Assembly: GCA_043228905.1 (NCBI GenBank) | Contig: JBHGNT010000021.1 | Location: forward strand, 6,448,001 to 6,512,000 | From: Azolla caroliniana | Lineage: Eukaryota; Plantae; Polypodiophyta | Length of the DNA stretch: 64,000 bases | Reading direction: 5' to 3' | Part shown: piece after piece, positions 38,691 to 50,965 of the stretch | How the letters are laid out: every line of letters begins with the position of its first letter | How positions within the stretch are numbered: the stretch's first letter is position 1 | The notes under the pieces: model-generated | What the model was told of the DNA's origin: nothing | Database searches by the model: none | Seen by the model: the letters and a program-made list of their open reading frames with translations, nothing else | Position numbers and translations under genes: made by a program

Positions 38691-38733
38691 TAGCACGCCC
38701 GTGGGATAGGACCTTGTCCGTCGGACCCACGAC
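38691..38733 (-). other. tRNA-Arg 3'-half-like module at the PPT position of copy A
   Basis: Minus strand GTCGTGGGTCCGACGGACAAGGTCCTATCCCACGGGCGTGCTA, then GG, then the LTR; no polypurine tract. Confidence 0.8.
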
Positions 38734-38786
38734 TTACAAAATACTAACAACATTACAAAAATTGCCTTTTAGGCGTGATCCTCATT

Positions 38787-41700
38787 TCATTCCTCTTCGA
38801 AGATGTCGAGGATGTTTTCGGGGTCCGGGGTGGTGGCAGGGTGGTCTGGTTGGATTGTCGGTGCGGGGGGTGTCATATCCTCTCGGGCGTCCGCCTCACG
38901 TGCGACCGAGTCTTCTGGTGGTGGTGTGGGTTCGAGGGCGCTGACCTCTACTTCGACTGGATCTGGTACCATGTGGGCGTCCTAGGGAGGTCTGTTGGCT
39001 GGGGTGAGTTCCTCCTGTGCCGTGTCCGTGATCTCCTTGCTGGGAGGTTCTTCCTTCTGCTCTGTGACTGTTGGAGGGCTGGTTGGGATGGCTGCGAGTC
39101 ATTCTCGTTCGAAGGCTTCTGCTTCCAGGCGAAACAACATTTGATCGTCATTGAAGTCCTCCAGCATTTGCTCGATTGCCGCGATGTGAGATTTTGCCAA
39201 GGACTGGTAATCCTCGGTTAAATCTGCACGGAGGTTTTGTATGCTGGCTTCGTCCATTTTGTAAAAGTCGCGGCCCTCCTTCCGTCAGTTCTCGGCGTCG
39301 GCGCGTAAAATATGCAATTCGGCAGCTTGGGCTGCCCATTCTTCTCCTGCTCGACTTAATGTTTCCTCGACCTTTTTGGTGAAGTGCTGGCGCTGTTTCT
39401 CAATCAGTATTCTGATGCGTGTCTCATCCATGCTGGGCTGTGCTCGGACGGCTGCCAATTCCTCTTTTAAGCCGTTGACCTCGGCCTGAAGCTTCTTTGC
39501 GAGTAGTTCATAGGTGGCTTGAGTGTTCTTTGCGTCCGTGGTTAGGAACTGGATAGACTGCTCGTAATGCTTGGTGAGCTCTTTGGTAGCTTTCTCCCAT
39601 TCTTTTTGACACGCGGCACGAACTTGTTCCCGTTCGACGATTCTCTCTTCTTGTAGGGCGAAGTAGGAATCGGATAATTCGTCTTTTTGCTCCGAAAGTA
39701 GCTTGCATTTGATGAAAAACTCGTCAGCCATTTCTTTAAGGGTCGTACGCTGACTCTGCAGCTCGGCATTCTCCGAGATCATTCTCTCCTCCCGTTGGCG
39801 ATTTCTTTCCTCCTGCCGGTGGTTCCAGTCTTTCGCATTGTCTAGCGCGGCCTGTAGGTCTAGGACCTCCTTCTCTTTCTTTGCCACTGTGGCCGCGTAT
39901 TCCTCCAGCTTGCTTTTGAGTTCTGCTTCTTTGCCCGCGGCTTGCACTTGTACCCGGCCCAGTGCTTCATTCTGCTCGTGTATCCTTTGGTCGGCCTGGG
40001 CTCTAATCTCGGCCATCTGTTTTGAAGCTTCTTCTTTTAAGCGAGCCATGGCCTCTTGATGCCGTTGTTCGTGTCTCTCGGTTCACTGTTGTTCTTCTTT
40101 AAGCTCCGCTCGGTAATCCCGGAGCGGGGGTTCTGTCTAGGTTGGCACCTCCTTGGGTGGACGAGGGGGTGGTATCTCGGTCTTCTCCATGGGTGTGGCC
40201 GCCTCGGTTGTTGTGCAAGCATCGACCATTTGTAACGAGTCCGTTAGTGTGTTGGCCTGGATCGTCAGGATTGAATCTGTGACAGTGCTTTCATCGATCA
40301 TTGTTATGCGTGGAGGGGCTGGGAGGGCCTCGGTGGTCGTGGCCGGAAGGCTCAAGAGTTGTTGTTCTGCCCGGTTTTGCTCCTAGGCTGCCAGTTTCAG
40401 TTTCGCAGCGTGCCATAATTCCGTAGCCACCTTAGCCTGTTTTTGGGCTGTTTTTATCTTTCGGGCCATGTCTTTAGCTGCCCGCGTAGTGTGATCCATA
40501 TATGCCTCGATAAGGGCCGTGTTCAACTCGGGCACCTCCATGAGGAGAGCGGCCTGTTTTGCCTGCTTCTTCCTCCCTATTTTTTGTAAAGCCCTGTTGT
40601 CCTGGGGCTCAATTTCACCTAATAGCGCGCGTTGAATCATTTTTGTTTCGGCGTGCTCTTCTACCATTCGAGCGGCTGCCGCGACTTGGGCTCTGGCGAG
40701 GAAGTCGACCAGCTCGAATGTCGTATCGAGGCGTAGGAGCGCACTAAATTTGTAAGCCTCCGCGGGGAGGTCTTTATAACCGAGGACTTCATCCTCCGAG
40801 ATCTGCTTTGTCTGCCCATGCTCGATCTTTCCCTGGTTCATCGATGCCTCCTCAGGGAAGATGGCCAGGTTGCTCTAGCTGACAACTAAGGCTTGCTCTT
40901 GTTGTGGCTCTTTCTGTTCTACCGAGGACTCACGGTTGAGTCGTCTTCTCTTGCTCGGCTGGGTTTGGGGTTCCGGGGCCTGTAGTGTCGTTTCCTCCGC
41001 CTGCTTCCTTTTCTGGGGTCGTAGTGGTGCTGCCTGCTGTGTGTTGGGGCGTGGGCTAGGCCCTGGGGGAGTTATCGAGGGGCGCGGCGTTGGCTGTTGG
41101 ATGGTGACATCGTCTGCCGTGTTGTCCTCCGTGGCTATCTCGTCCTCCCATTCTTGGCAGGTCTCGGAAACTGCCCTTTTTTGTTGGGGTTGGGTGGGTG
41201 GTGGTGCCGATGCGGGGTTTTGGTCGGCGGCAGGAGGTGAAGGTGATGTGGGCTCCTCCCATGCTTCGTGGCTGATGGCAACGAATATCTCTCTCTGCCT
41301 TCGTGGTGGTGGTGGGGACGTGAGTGTGCGAGGGGAAGGAAGAGAAGAGGGTGGGTATAGAACCATCAAAAAGTGGGTAAGAATAGACAACATCTTCTTA
41401 CCGGACTGAAATGAAGCTAAGGTGGCGCGGAGTCCCTCGCCTGTGATGATTCCCCAATCGATTTTGTTTCCTTCATACGTGCTGATGATGATGGTTGCCT
41501 TGTTCTACGACATACTCGTTGGGTTCGTATGCACGAACGCATACTCCATTAATATACGAGCAATCTCCTTGAAAGCTTTGTTGGGACCGCCATACGTGCG
41601 ATATGCCTTCCCTGAGGCTGAGTACTCACCGAAGTACGCCTTCATCTTTGATGCCAGGGGTATGTCGACCTCATGGTCCCCTCCCCGTTGCAGGTCCAAA

Positions 41701-41858
41701 ACAGCCCGAAGCACGTTGTTGGTGATGGCTTCGGGAGTTATACGTTTAGCCACACCTTGGGCATCTGGGTGCGCGGGGGCATCGATGATCTTCAGGTAAC
41801 CGCCCATTCCTCGTTCCTGGAGCCAGGCGCGGGTTTCTGTTGAAGTGGTAAGAGGCAT
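38787..41858 (-). pseudogene. Extra 3' ORF of copy A (unknown N-terminal domain, Pro-rich linker, long coiled coil)
   Basis: Collinear ORF pieces 41505-41858, 40875-41393, 40383-40841, 40137-40355, 39285-40049 and 38787-38972, homologous to 50966-54054. Confidence 0.8.
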
Positions 41859-44800
41859 GGTGGAGATGGCGACGGGGTTTGACTGTGTGGAAGAGTGAGG
41901 AAGAGTGATGAGGCGAGGGCGAGACAGAGGAGGAACAACAAGAAGGGGAAGCTCGGCAGAGGGGCTATGAGAGCGAAAGAGGGCTTGAGAGCAAGAGCAT
42001 TTAGAGCGACGAGAGTGAGAAGGGGCTTCTGAGCTTGAGAGCGATGGAGGTTGGAAGCGATAATGAACTTCTGTGTATGTGTTGCGTTTTGGAAACGGTT
42101 TTAGTAACTTAGTCCTAGGGTTTTGTGCCCGAAGCGAATCCTGAAGATTCTGAGTCGTGGGTGCCATAATAAGTGACTAGCGCCATGTGTCCTGAAGGTG
42201 AGTGGGGTGCTTCGAGTGCTTTGCATGTGCTTAAATAGGTACTAAATGAGAGGTGGCTAGGTGTGCTGCTAAATTGTGGGTGCCTAGGTGGGTGGTGTAG
42301 GTGTAGCTAATCGCCGGCTAAACTATGGTTAATCCTACCTACTTTATTAATTTCAAAAAAGTGGGTGAGTCCTTATTAAGGGGGACACGTGGCCTCCTCC
42401 GTGGGGGTCTCCCGAAACTCGTTTTTGCCGTGTGCCTCGGTAAACGGGTTGGGTGGTGTAGTGCCTCGATAAGGTCGAAGTCGGAAACCATTGGCCCAAC
42501 TTTTGACAGTGTCGCCGGCGAGTGTGCCGAGCTGGAACGTCCCGTTGAACTCGTCGATAATCTAGAATGGCCCGGTCCACTGAAATCTTAATTTTCCTCA
42601 CATTGACCCGAGTCGTGTTTGAAAAAGAAGAACCGGTTTGCCGATGGTGAGCTCCTTCTCCAGCCCGTTTCGATGTCGATCCTCGAAAGCCTTGCATTGT
42701 CGTTGGCGTAGTTCGAGCTGGGCCATACTCTCTATCCTGTCTTCGCCGAGTTCGAGGAGTTGTTCCAGCCGGTATTACTCGGATTGGGCCTCTGGGAGCC
42801 GTGCTTTGACTTGAACTCGGAGGCTCGGGACTTGGAACTCGACGGGCATTAGGGCTTCTAACCCGAACGCCATTCAAAAGGGGGTTGATTCGATGCTTGT
42901 TTTGAAAGTCGTACGATACGCCCACATCGCGGTCTGGAGTTTGTCACCCCAGTCGGTCCTGTTTTCATTGACGATCTTTTTCAGTATGGTTTGGAGGATT
43001 TTATTAGTTGATTCCGCCAAGCCGTTCGCCTGCGGGTAGTATGATGTGCTTTTCTTGTGCACCACCGCGTAGTGGTGTGTAAGCTCACGTATTATATGAT
43101 TGATGAAGTGCCCACCTTGGTCACTAACGAGCTCGATTGGGCATCCGTAACGGCACCAAAGATGCTCGTACACGAATTTAGCTGTGGATGTCGCCGTGTT
43201 GTCTCGGAGAGCTATAGCCTCGACCCATTTGGTGCAGTAGTCCGTGGCAACGATAATATACCTATTCCTTGTACGGGCCGCGGGTGGCTTGAAAGGGCCT
43301 ACAAAATCCAAACCCCATTTTTGAAATGGGTCCAACGGGAGAATCGGCTGATGCGCGATTGTTCCATTGGTTGCCCCAATCGTTGGCACAAATAGCACTG
43401 TCGGCAAAACTCGTGAGCATCTTTCTTCATTGTCGGCCACCACAATCCGCTTTGCCAAACCTTCCTTGCCGTGGAATCCCCGGCGTAGTGCCCCCTAGCT
43501 ACTCCCTAGTGGGCTTCCTGAAGAACGACATTCTTCTCGAATTGCCGAATCGCTCGGCGCCATATGCCGTCCGAGCCTTTGTGGTAGAGAATGTCCGAGA
43601 TGAGGCAAAAATTCCGGCTACGCACTGCTAGGAGTTTTCTTGTGTCAAGAGTCATGTGCTCGGGAGGTACACCGGTAGTGAGAAAATGGGTCATCTCCGT
43701 GATCCATTCATCTCCGTTATCGTCTGGTATCCTGGTTAGGTTAAATAAGTTGGTGTCTGGTAGCTCGTCGTACGTTGTTTTCGCCGGTTCTCCTGACTAG
43801 AGACGGCTCAGGTAGTCGGCGACGGCATGTTGTACCCTGGGTCGATGCTGAATTTGAAAATCAAACTCTTGTAGTAGGAGCATCCACCGAGCCAACCGTC
43901 CGGTGAGGGCTTGTTTATTGACCAAATAAAGAAGGGCCGAGTGATCCACGTGAAAGGTAAACTTCCGGCCGAAGAGGTAATGCTGGAATTTATTGATGCT
44001 ATAAATCATACCGAGGGCCTCCCGCTCGGTGGTGGAGTAATTCTTTTCCGCGGTCGAGAGTCGTCGGCTAGCGTAGTACACGGGCCTATACCAATTCGGG
44101 GGTGTGCATTGCATCAGGGCACTTCCGATGGCGATGTCCGAAGCATCGACGAAGACATGAAACGGTTCGGACCAAACCGGAGACTGGACCACTGGGGCAT
44201 GTGAGAGCATTAGTTTCAGGGTCTGATAGGCCGTGTCCTCGATTGAAGTCCATTGGAAGGGAAGGCGATGGACTGCCGCGTGTAAAGGTGTCACGAAATC
44301 GGCCAAGTGTCGTATCATTCGGCTGTGCCACCGGATCTGTCCCAAAAATCGGCTTAGTGCCTTAACGTTCGAGGGTGCGGAGGCGGTCAGGATGGCCTTT
44401 ACTTTATCCGGGTCCATAGCGATGCCTTCTTGACTGACAATGTGGTCAAGAAGGTTGCCGTTGGTGACTAAGAACGCGCATTTCGCCGGGTTTAAGCTCA
44501 ATCGAGCTTGGCAACATTGGTCTAGGCAGAGTCGTAACTGGGTCATGTGTTCCCGTCGATGGCCATACACGGCGAAATCGTCGAGAAAGACTTGCATGAA
44601 TGCCGGGATGTAGTCATGAAAGATTTCGGTGATGATGCGCTGGAACGTAGCCGACGCCATTTTTAGACCGAACATCATTACTTCTGCTACAAAAACACCC
44701 CATTCCGTGACGAAAGCGGTTTTCTCCTGATCCTTTGGGTGCATTCTTATCTGGTTATAGCCGCTAAACTCGTCGAGGAAACTGTAGCATTCGTGGCCGG

Positions 44801-45257
44801 TGTTGTCCAGAGGACAGAAATGTAAAATTAGGAAATTAGCAAACGCCGAGTCCGAGTATCACGGGCCACCGACGGCTTGGCTGTGTATTAGGGGAAAAGT
44901 TATTTAAACGAGGACTAGTACCTCAGAGTGGAGAGAGAAGAAAAATATAGGCGGAAGCACTAGCTTAATCCTTCGTAATTAGATAAACTTGTAAGGTCAC
45001 CGGCCATAGGCCGTGTTCTGTAATCTTTGCTGTCATAGTAATATATCTGATTTGTGCCCATTTTGCTGCATGAGTTTGTGCTTTGATCCATACCTATGAG
45101 TTCAACGCCGCCCACGTCTATCAAGAACTCGCTAGTGTTTTCTCTCTGAGCCCTGTATCTCTCTCGACGCCTCTGTTACGAGCCTTCACGTACCACGCCC
45201 TTGAAGACCGATAGCCGCAGATCTATTGAAGGTGTTCACCCAAAGGAACGGGTAACA
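44801..45257 (+). repeat. 5' LTR of gypsy copy B
   Basis: TGTTGTCC...GGGTAACA; direct repeat of 54153-54609. Confidence 0.96.
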
Positions 45258-45262
45258 CAATT

Positions 45263-45275
45263 TGGCACGCCCGGT
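45263..45275 (+). promoter_or_regulatory. PBS complementary to the tRNA-Arg 3' end
   Basis: TGGCACGCCCGGT, 5 nt after the LTR. Complementary to the recalled plant tRNA-Arg(UCU) end ACCGGGCGTGCCA. Confidence 0.8.
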
Positions 45276-45448
45276 TACAGCTGTGAGTGCACAACGAACT
45301 TCGTTGAAGGTAACCACCAGCCGCCATTACGGCGCCCTCTTGCACCACGAGGTCTCGGCCACCCGCCCGACGCCCTGAGCCAGTCGAAGGAACTTCCGAC
45401 TCGGCGGTCACTGACCAATCCTTTCCCGATCAATCGGAGGCTTGTCCA

Positions 45449-47813
45449 GTGCAATCCTCGCCACCGGACACTCGATCTCGAGTTGATTCACCACCAAAAC
45501 CCCCATCGAGCCCTCCGGAGGTCAATCAACCGGAACTAAACCCTTTTCCGGTGATACTAGAAGACCCACAGTACGACATCATGCCGTACCCATACCCACG
45601 ATACACCGACGGACCAGACGCGGAGTCACACGTTCGTGCCTTCATATCCACGTGGCAGGCTAACCACTCCACGCACCGCCTCACGCCGGCCGAAATCGAT
45701 GCCTCAAAGATTGCCGAGTTCACACTCTCCCTCGATGGACCGGCCGCACGATGGTACTCTCGCCTCGAAATAGGAGAGGCCACCACTTTCCAAATCATGC
45801 GCACAAAGTTCCTTGAATTTTTTCATCGCGAGGTGCCTAAACGGGAACTGCTCCGACAATTCTTCTCTATATGCCAGGAACCGCACGAAACGGTCGCGCA
45901 GTTCACGATCCGGTTCCAGGATCTCTACAGACAAGTGGCCGATGATGTCTCGGCACAACATATACCGGACACTTTCCTATCCAGTTTACGAGAGCCTCTA
46001 CGAACGACTCTCGCACTTACAAATTTCACCAACCATACGATCGAACAAGTTATAGCGCACGTTCTCGCCCTCGATCGGAACCAGCACGACACGGCCTTCT
46101 CGATGACATCCTTGCAAAACGCTCTTCCCCAAGAGGACAATCGCTTTCGCGAAGCCCTCCAATGCACTGCGTGTTCAGGATCAGGGCACCTGGCCCTCGA
46201 ATGTCCCCACCGACCACAGTGTCCGATCTATCAGTCTTGAGCTCACACGGTCGAGCAGTGCGAATATAATATGCTGAACCGCACAACGGCCACGAAATAC
46301 ATACTCTCGGCAGGACGAGCGATATATCTACCGAGACCAGGATAACGACCAACCGCGATCCCCGGATCGACGACGCCGAGACGACGACTACCGACGTGAT
46401 AACCGCCGTGATCATTACCGCGATGACCGGCACGACGATTATGCCTGATATGATGACGATCGCGATGACAGGTATGACCGACGGAACTCACGCATTGATC
46501 GGCGAAACGGCAACCGCAACACATGCAACAATAGAAGACCTAATAACAACCGCCGATGGGATGCTCCTCAAAATGACCAGCGCAACTCCAACGCACCTCG
46601 GAACAACCCACCACCAAATGAGACCGAGAATCAACAACAACAGCTTCCACACACAGACCGAGCGGACACCAGCAGCTCGGCCAACGTGACATGTTTTAAA
46701 TGTAATCAACCAGGCCACTACGCCACGCAATGTCCGACAACCAACCGTGGCAAGGCACCCACGGTGAACAGTATCATGGCCGATGTTCAAACGGTCACTA
46801 CCCGGAGTAAAGCGCAGACTACTCAGTGGCAAATCCAGGATGAAGTACGTCAGGCAGCAAAAGAATGGATCGACACAACCAATAAAAATAATGCTGTACG
46901 CATGCAAACTGACATGAGAGACGGGCCCAGTGAAGTACCACAAATCTCGGCACCATCCACGTCGTCGGAGGACGACCAACTATGGGATATTCTTACCAAA
47001 TCCCGCATCTCGCTGCCCCTACATAAACTGCTACCACTCATGCCGAGATTTCGGGACACCTTGGCGGCACTCCAGGCCAATACTAAGCCCGTGACACCAC
47101 CGGTACACACCGAAGCAGGAACCGGTCCACCACTCATGGATTCTCAGAACCCAGCCGTGCGAATCATCATTAAGGGACAAGACCTGCACGGATGCATCAT
47201 CGACGGCGGATCCGGCGTAAACGTTATTAGTGAGTCAACTTGTCTCAACCTCGGCTTGAATCAATGGGAACCATGCCCCTTTTGGCTTCGGATGGCCGAC
47301 ACCCGCTCCGTTCGCCCCATTGGTTTAATCCGCCATCTCGACTTCACACTCGGAGGCCACATGTTCACGATCTCGGCCGTCGTGCTAAGACTGGAGACAC
47401 AAGGCGCCTACCCAATGTTACTAGGTCGACCATGGTTGCGTACAGCGAATATCAAGCAACATTGGGAACGCAACATGATCTCGTTCCGAAGGGGAAAGAC
47501 AAAAGTCCGAATCATCACTGAAGAACGAGTCCCCGTCACCCTCAACACTTCGCCGTTATACGCGGAAGGGGTCCATATGCTCGACGGGTTGGCCGATGAG
47601 GAGGTCGATGACTTCCTAGATGATCATCCCACGATCATCCCTATCTTCGAAATCAATGCCTTAACAACCATCGAGCCACCTAAAGACGAGGAAGTCACGG
47701 AGGAGTCACCACCCCAGGAGGAACCAGATGCAACCACAGTTGCCGAGCTACGTCATGCTCGGGAGGCTTTCGAACGCGAACTCGCCATTTCACTACGAGG
47801 CACTACAGGATGA
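45449..47813 (+). pseudogene. Copy B gag-protease
   Basis: Gag (FTLSLDGPAARWYSRL, ICQEPHETVAQFTIRF), three CCHC-type knuckles, protease IIDGGSGVNVI and LLGRPWL; one premature stop (46238-46240) and a frameshift. Confidence 0.9.
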
Positions 47814-50454
47814 ACCCCAACTACGCCGCTAAAGTCAAAGAGGAAATTAACAAACTACTCCGAGTAGGCTTCATTCGCCTTGTTAAACGGGCTACATGGT
47901 TGAGCCCGATCGTAGTGGTCCCAAAGAAGAACGGAAAAATCCGTGTCTGCGTCGACTATCGGAAGCTTAACGCGGCAACAGTCATCGACGGTTTCCCTTT
48001 CCCATTCACGGATAGCGTCCTCGACACGGTAGCCGGCCACGAATGCTACAGTTTCCTCGACGGGTTCAGCGGCTATAACCAGATAAGAATGCACCCGGAG
48101 GATCAGGAGAAAACAACTTTCGTCACGGAATGGGGTGTGTTTGTAGCAGAAGTTATGATGTTCGGTCTAAAAACGGCTCCGGCTATGTTCCAACGCATCA
48201 TCACCGAAATCTTTCAGGACTACATTCCGACGTTCATACAAGTCTTTCTCGACGATTTCGCCGTGTATGGCCATCAACGGGAACACATGACCCAGTTACG
48301 ACTCTGCCTGGACCGATGTCGCCAAGCTTGATTGAGTTTAAACCTGGCGAAATGCGCGTTCTTAGTCACCAACGGCAACCTTCTCGGCCACATTGTCAGT
48401 CAAGAAGGCATCGCTATGGACCCGGATAAAGTAAAGGCAATCCTGAATGCCACCGCACCCTCGAACGCTAAAGCGCTAAGCCGTTTTTTGGGACAGATCC
48501 GGTGGCACAACCGAATGATACGACACCTGGCCGATTTCGCGACACCTTTACACGCGGAAGTCCATCGCCTTCCTTTCCAATGGACGTCAATCGAGGACAC
48601 GACCTATCAGACCCTGAAACGAATGCTGTCACATGCCCCGGTGGTCCAGTCCTCGGTTTGGTCCGAACCGTTTCATGTCTTCGTAGATGCTTCAGACATC
48701 GCCATCGGAAGTGCGCTGATGCAATGCACACCCCCGAATTGGTATAGGCCCGTGTACTACGCCAGCCAATGGCTCTCGACCGCGGAAAAGAATTACTCCA
48801 CCACCGAGCGGGAGGCCCTCGGTATGATTTATAACATCAATAAATTTCGGCATTACCTCTTGGGCCAAAAATTTACCTTTCACGTGGATCACTCGGCCCT
48901 TCTTTATTTGGTCAATAAACAAGCCCTCACTGGACGGTTGCCTCGGTGGATGCTCCTACTACAAGAGTTTGATTTTCAAATTCAGCATCGACACGGGGTA
49001 CAACATGCCATCGCCGACTACTTGAGCCGTCTTGAGTCAGGAGAACCGGCGAAAACAACGTACGACGAGGTACCGGACGCCAACTTATTTAACCTTACCA
49101 CGATACCAGACGATAACGGAGATGAATAGATCACGGAGATGACCCATTTTCTCACTACCGGTGTACCTCCCGAGCACATGACTCTTGACACGAGAAAACG
49201 CCTAGCAGTGCGTAGCCGGAATTTTTGCCTCGTCTCGAACATTCTCTACCACAAAGGCTCAGATGGCATATGGCGCCGAGCGATTCGGCAATTCGAGAAG
49301 AACGCCGTTCTTCAGGAAGCCCACCAGGGAGTAGCTGGGGGGCACTACGCCGGGGATTCCATGGCAAGGAAAGTTTGGCAAAGTGGATTGTGGTGGCCGA
49401 CAACGAAGAAAGATGCTCACGAGTTTTGCCGGCAGTGTGATTTGTGCAAACGACTGGGACAACCAATGGAACAGTCACGGATGCCACACCAGCCGATTCT
49501 TCCGTTGGACCCATTTCAAAAATGGGGTTTGGATTTTGTAGGCCCTTTCAAACCACCCGCGGCCCGAACAGGGAATAGGTATATTATCGTTGCCACGGAC
49601 TACTGCACCAAATGGGTCGAGGCTAAGGCACTCAGAGATAACACGGCGGCATCCACGGCTAAATTCATGTACGAGCATCTCTGGTGTCGTTACGGATGCC
49701 CAATCGAGCTCGTTAGTGATCAAGGTGGGCACTTCATCAATCATAGAATACCTGAGCTTACACACCACTACACGGTGGTGCACAAGAAAAATACTACCCG
49801 CAGGCGAATGGCTTGGCAGAATCGACCAATAAAATCCTCCAAACCATACTGAAGAAGATCGTCAATGAAAACAGGACCGATTGGGATGACAAACTCCAGA
49901 GCGCGCTGTGGGCATATCGTACGACTTTCAAAACAAGCATCCAATCAACCCCCTTTCGAATGGCGTTCGGGTTAGAAGCCGTAGCGCCCGTCGAGTTCCA
50001 AGTCCCGAGCCTCTGAGTTCAAGTCAAAGGACGGCTCCCCAAGGCCCAATCCGAGCAACACCGGTTGGAACAACTCCTCGAACTCGGCGAAGATAGGATA
50101 GAGAGTATGGCCCAGCTCGAGCAACGCCAATGGCAACGCAAGGCTTTCGTGGATCGACATCAACACGGGCTGGAGAAGGAGCTCACCATTGGCAAACCAG
50201 TTCTTCTTTTTCAAACACGACTTGGGTCAATGTCGGGAAAATTAAGATTTCGGTGGACCGGTCCATTCTGGATTATCGACGAGTTCAACGGGACGTTCCA
50301 GCTCGGCACACTCGCCGGCGACACTGTCAAAAGCTGGGCCAATGGTTTCCGACTTCGACCATATCGAGGGACTACACCAACCAACCCGTTTACCGAGGCA
50401 CACGGCACAAACGAGGAGGCCACCACGGAGGAGGCCACTTGTCCCCCTGAATAA
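47810..50454 (+). pseudogene. Copy B RT-RNase H-integrase
   Basis: SPIVVVPKKNGKIRVCVDYRKLN, FLDGFSGYNQI, FLDDF, FVDASD, HQGVAGGH...CRQCDLC, WGLDFVGPF, KLRFRWTGPF; several stops and frameshifts. Confidence 0.95.
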
Positions 50455-50965
50455 GGACTCACCCACCTTCTTGAAATTAATAATAGTAGTAGTAGGTAGG
50501 ATTAACCATAGTTTAGCTACACCTACACCACCCACCTAGGCACCCACAATTTTAGGAGCACCCCTCGCCACCACTCATTTAGTACCTATTTAAGCACATG
50601 CAAAGCACTAGAAGCACCCCACTCACCTTCAGGACACGTGGTGCTAGTCACTTATTATGGCACCCACGACTCAGAATCTTCAGGATTTGCTTTAGGCACA
50701 AAACCCTAGGAGTAAGTTACTAAAACCGTTTCCAAAACGCAGCACAGACACAGAAGTTCATTATCGCTCCCCATCTCCATCGCTCTCAAGCTCAGAAACC
50801 CCGTCTCGCCCTCATCGCACTAAACACTCTTGCTCTCAAGCCCTCTTTCGCTCGCATAACCCCTCTGCTGGACTTCCCCTTCCTGCTGTTCCTCCTGTGT
50901 CTCGCCCTCGCCTCATCACTCTTCGTCACGCTTCCACACAGTCGAACCCCGTCTCCATCACCACC

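Larger units (their letters stand above)
38221..44800 (-). mobile_element. Athila/Tat-like Ty3/gypsy element copy A, 3' portion (RT C-terminal part, RNase H, integrase, extra ORF, 3' LTR)
   Basis: Reverse-complement homologue of 48030-54609; FLDDFAVYG, VFVDASD, FQKWGLDFVGPF, YYPQANGLAE; 3' LTR at 38221-38688. Confidence 0.95.
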
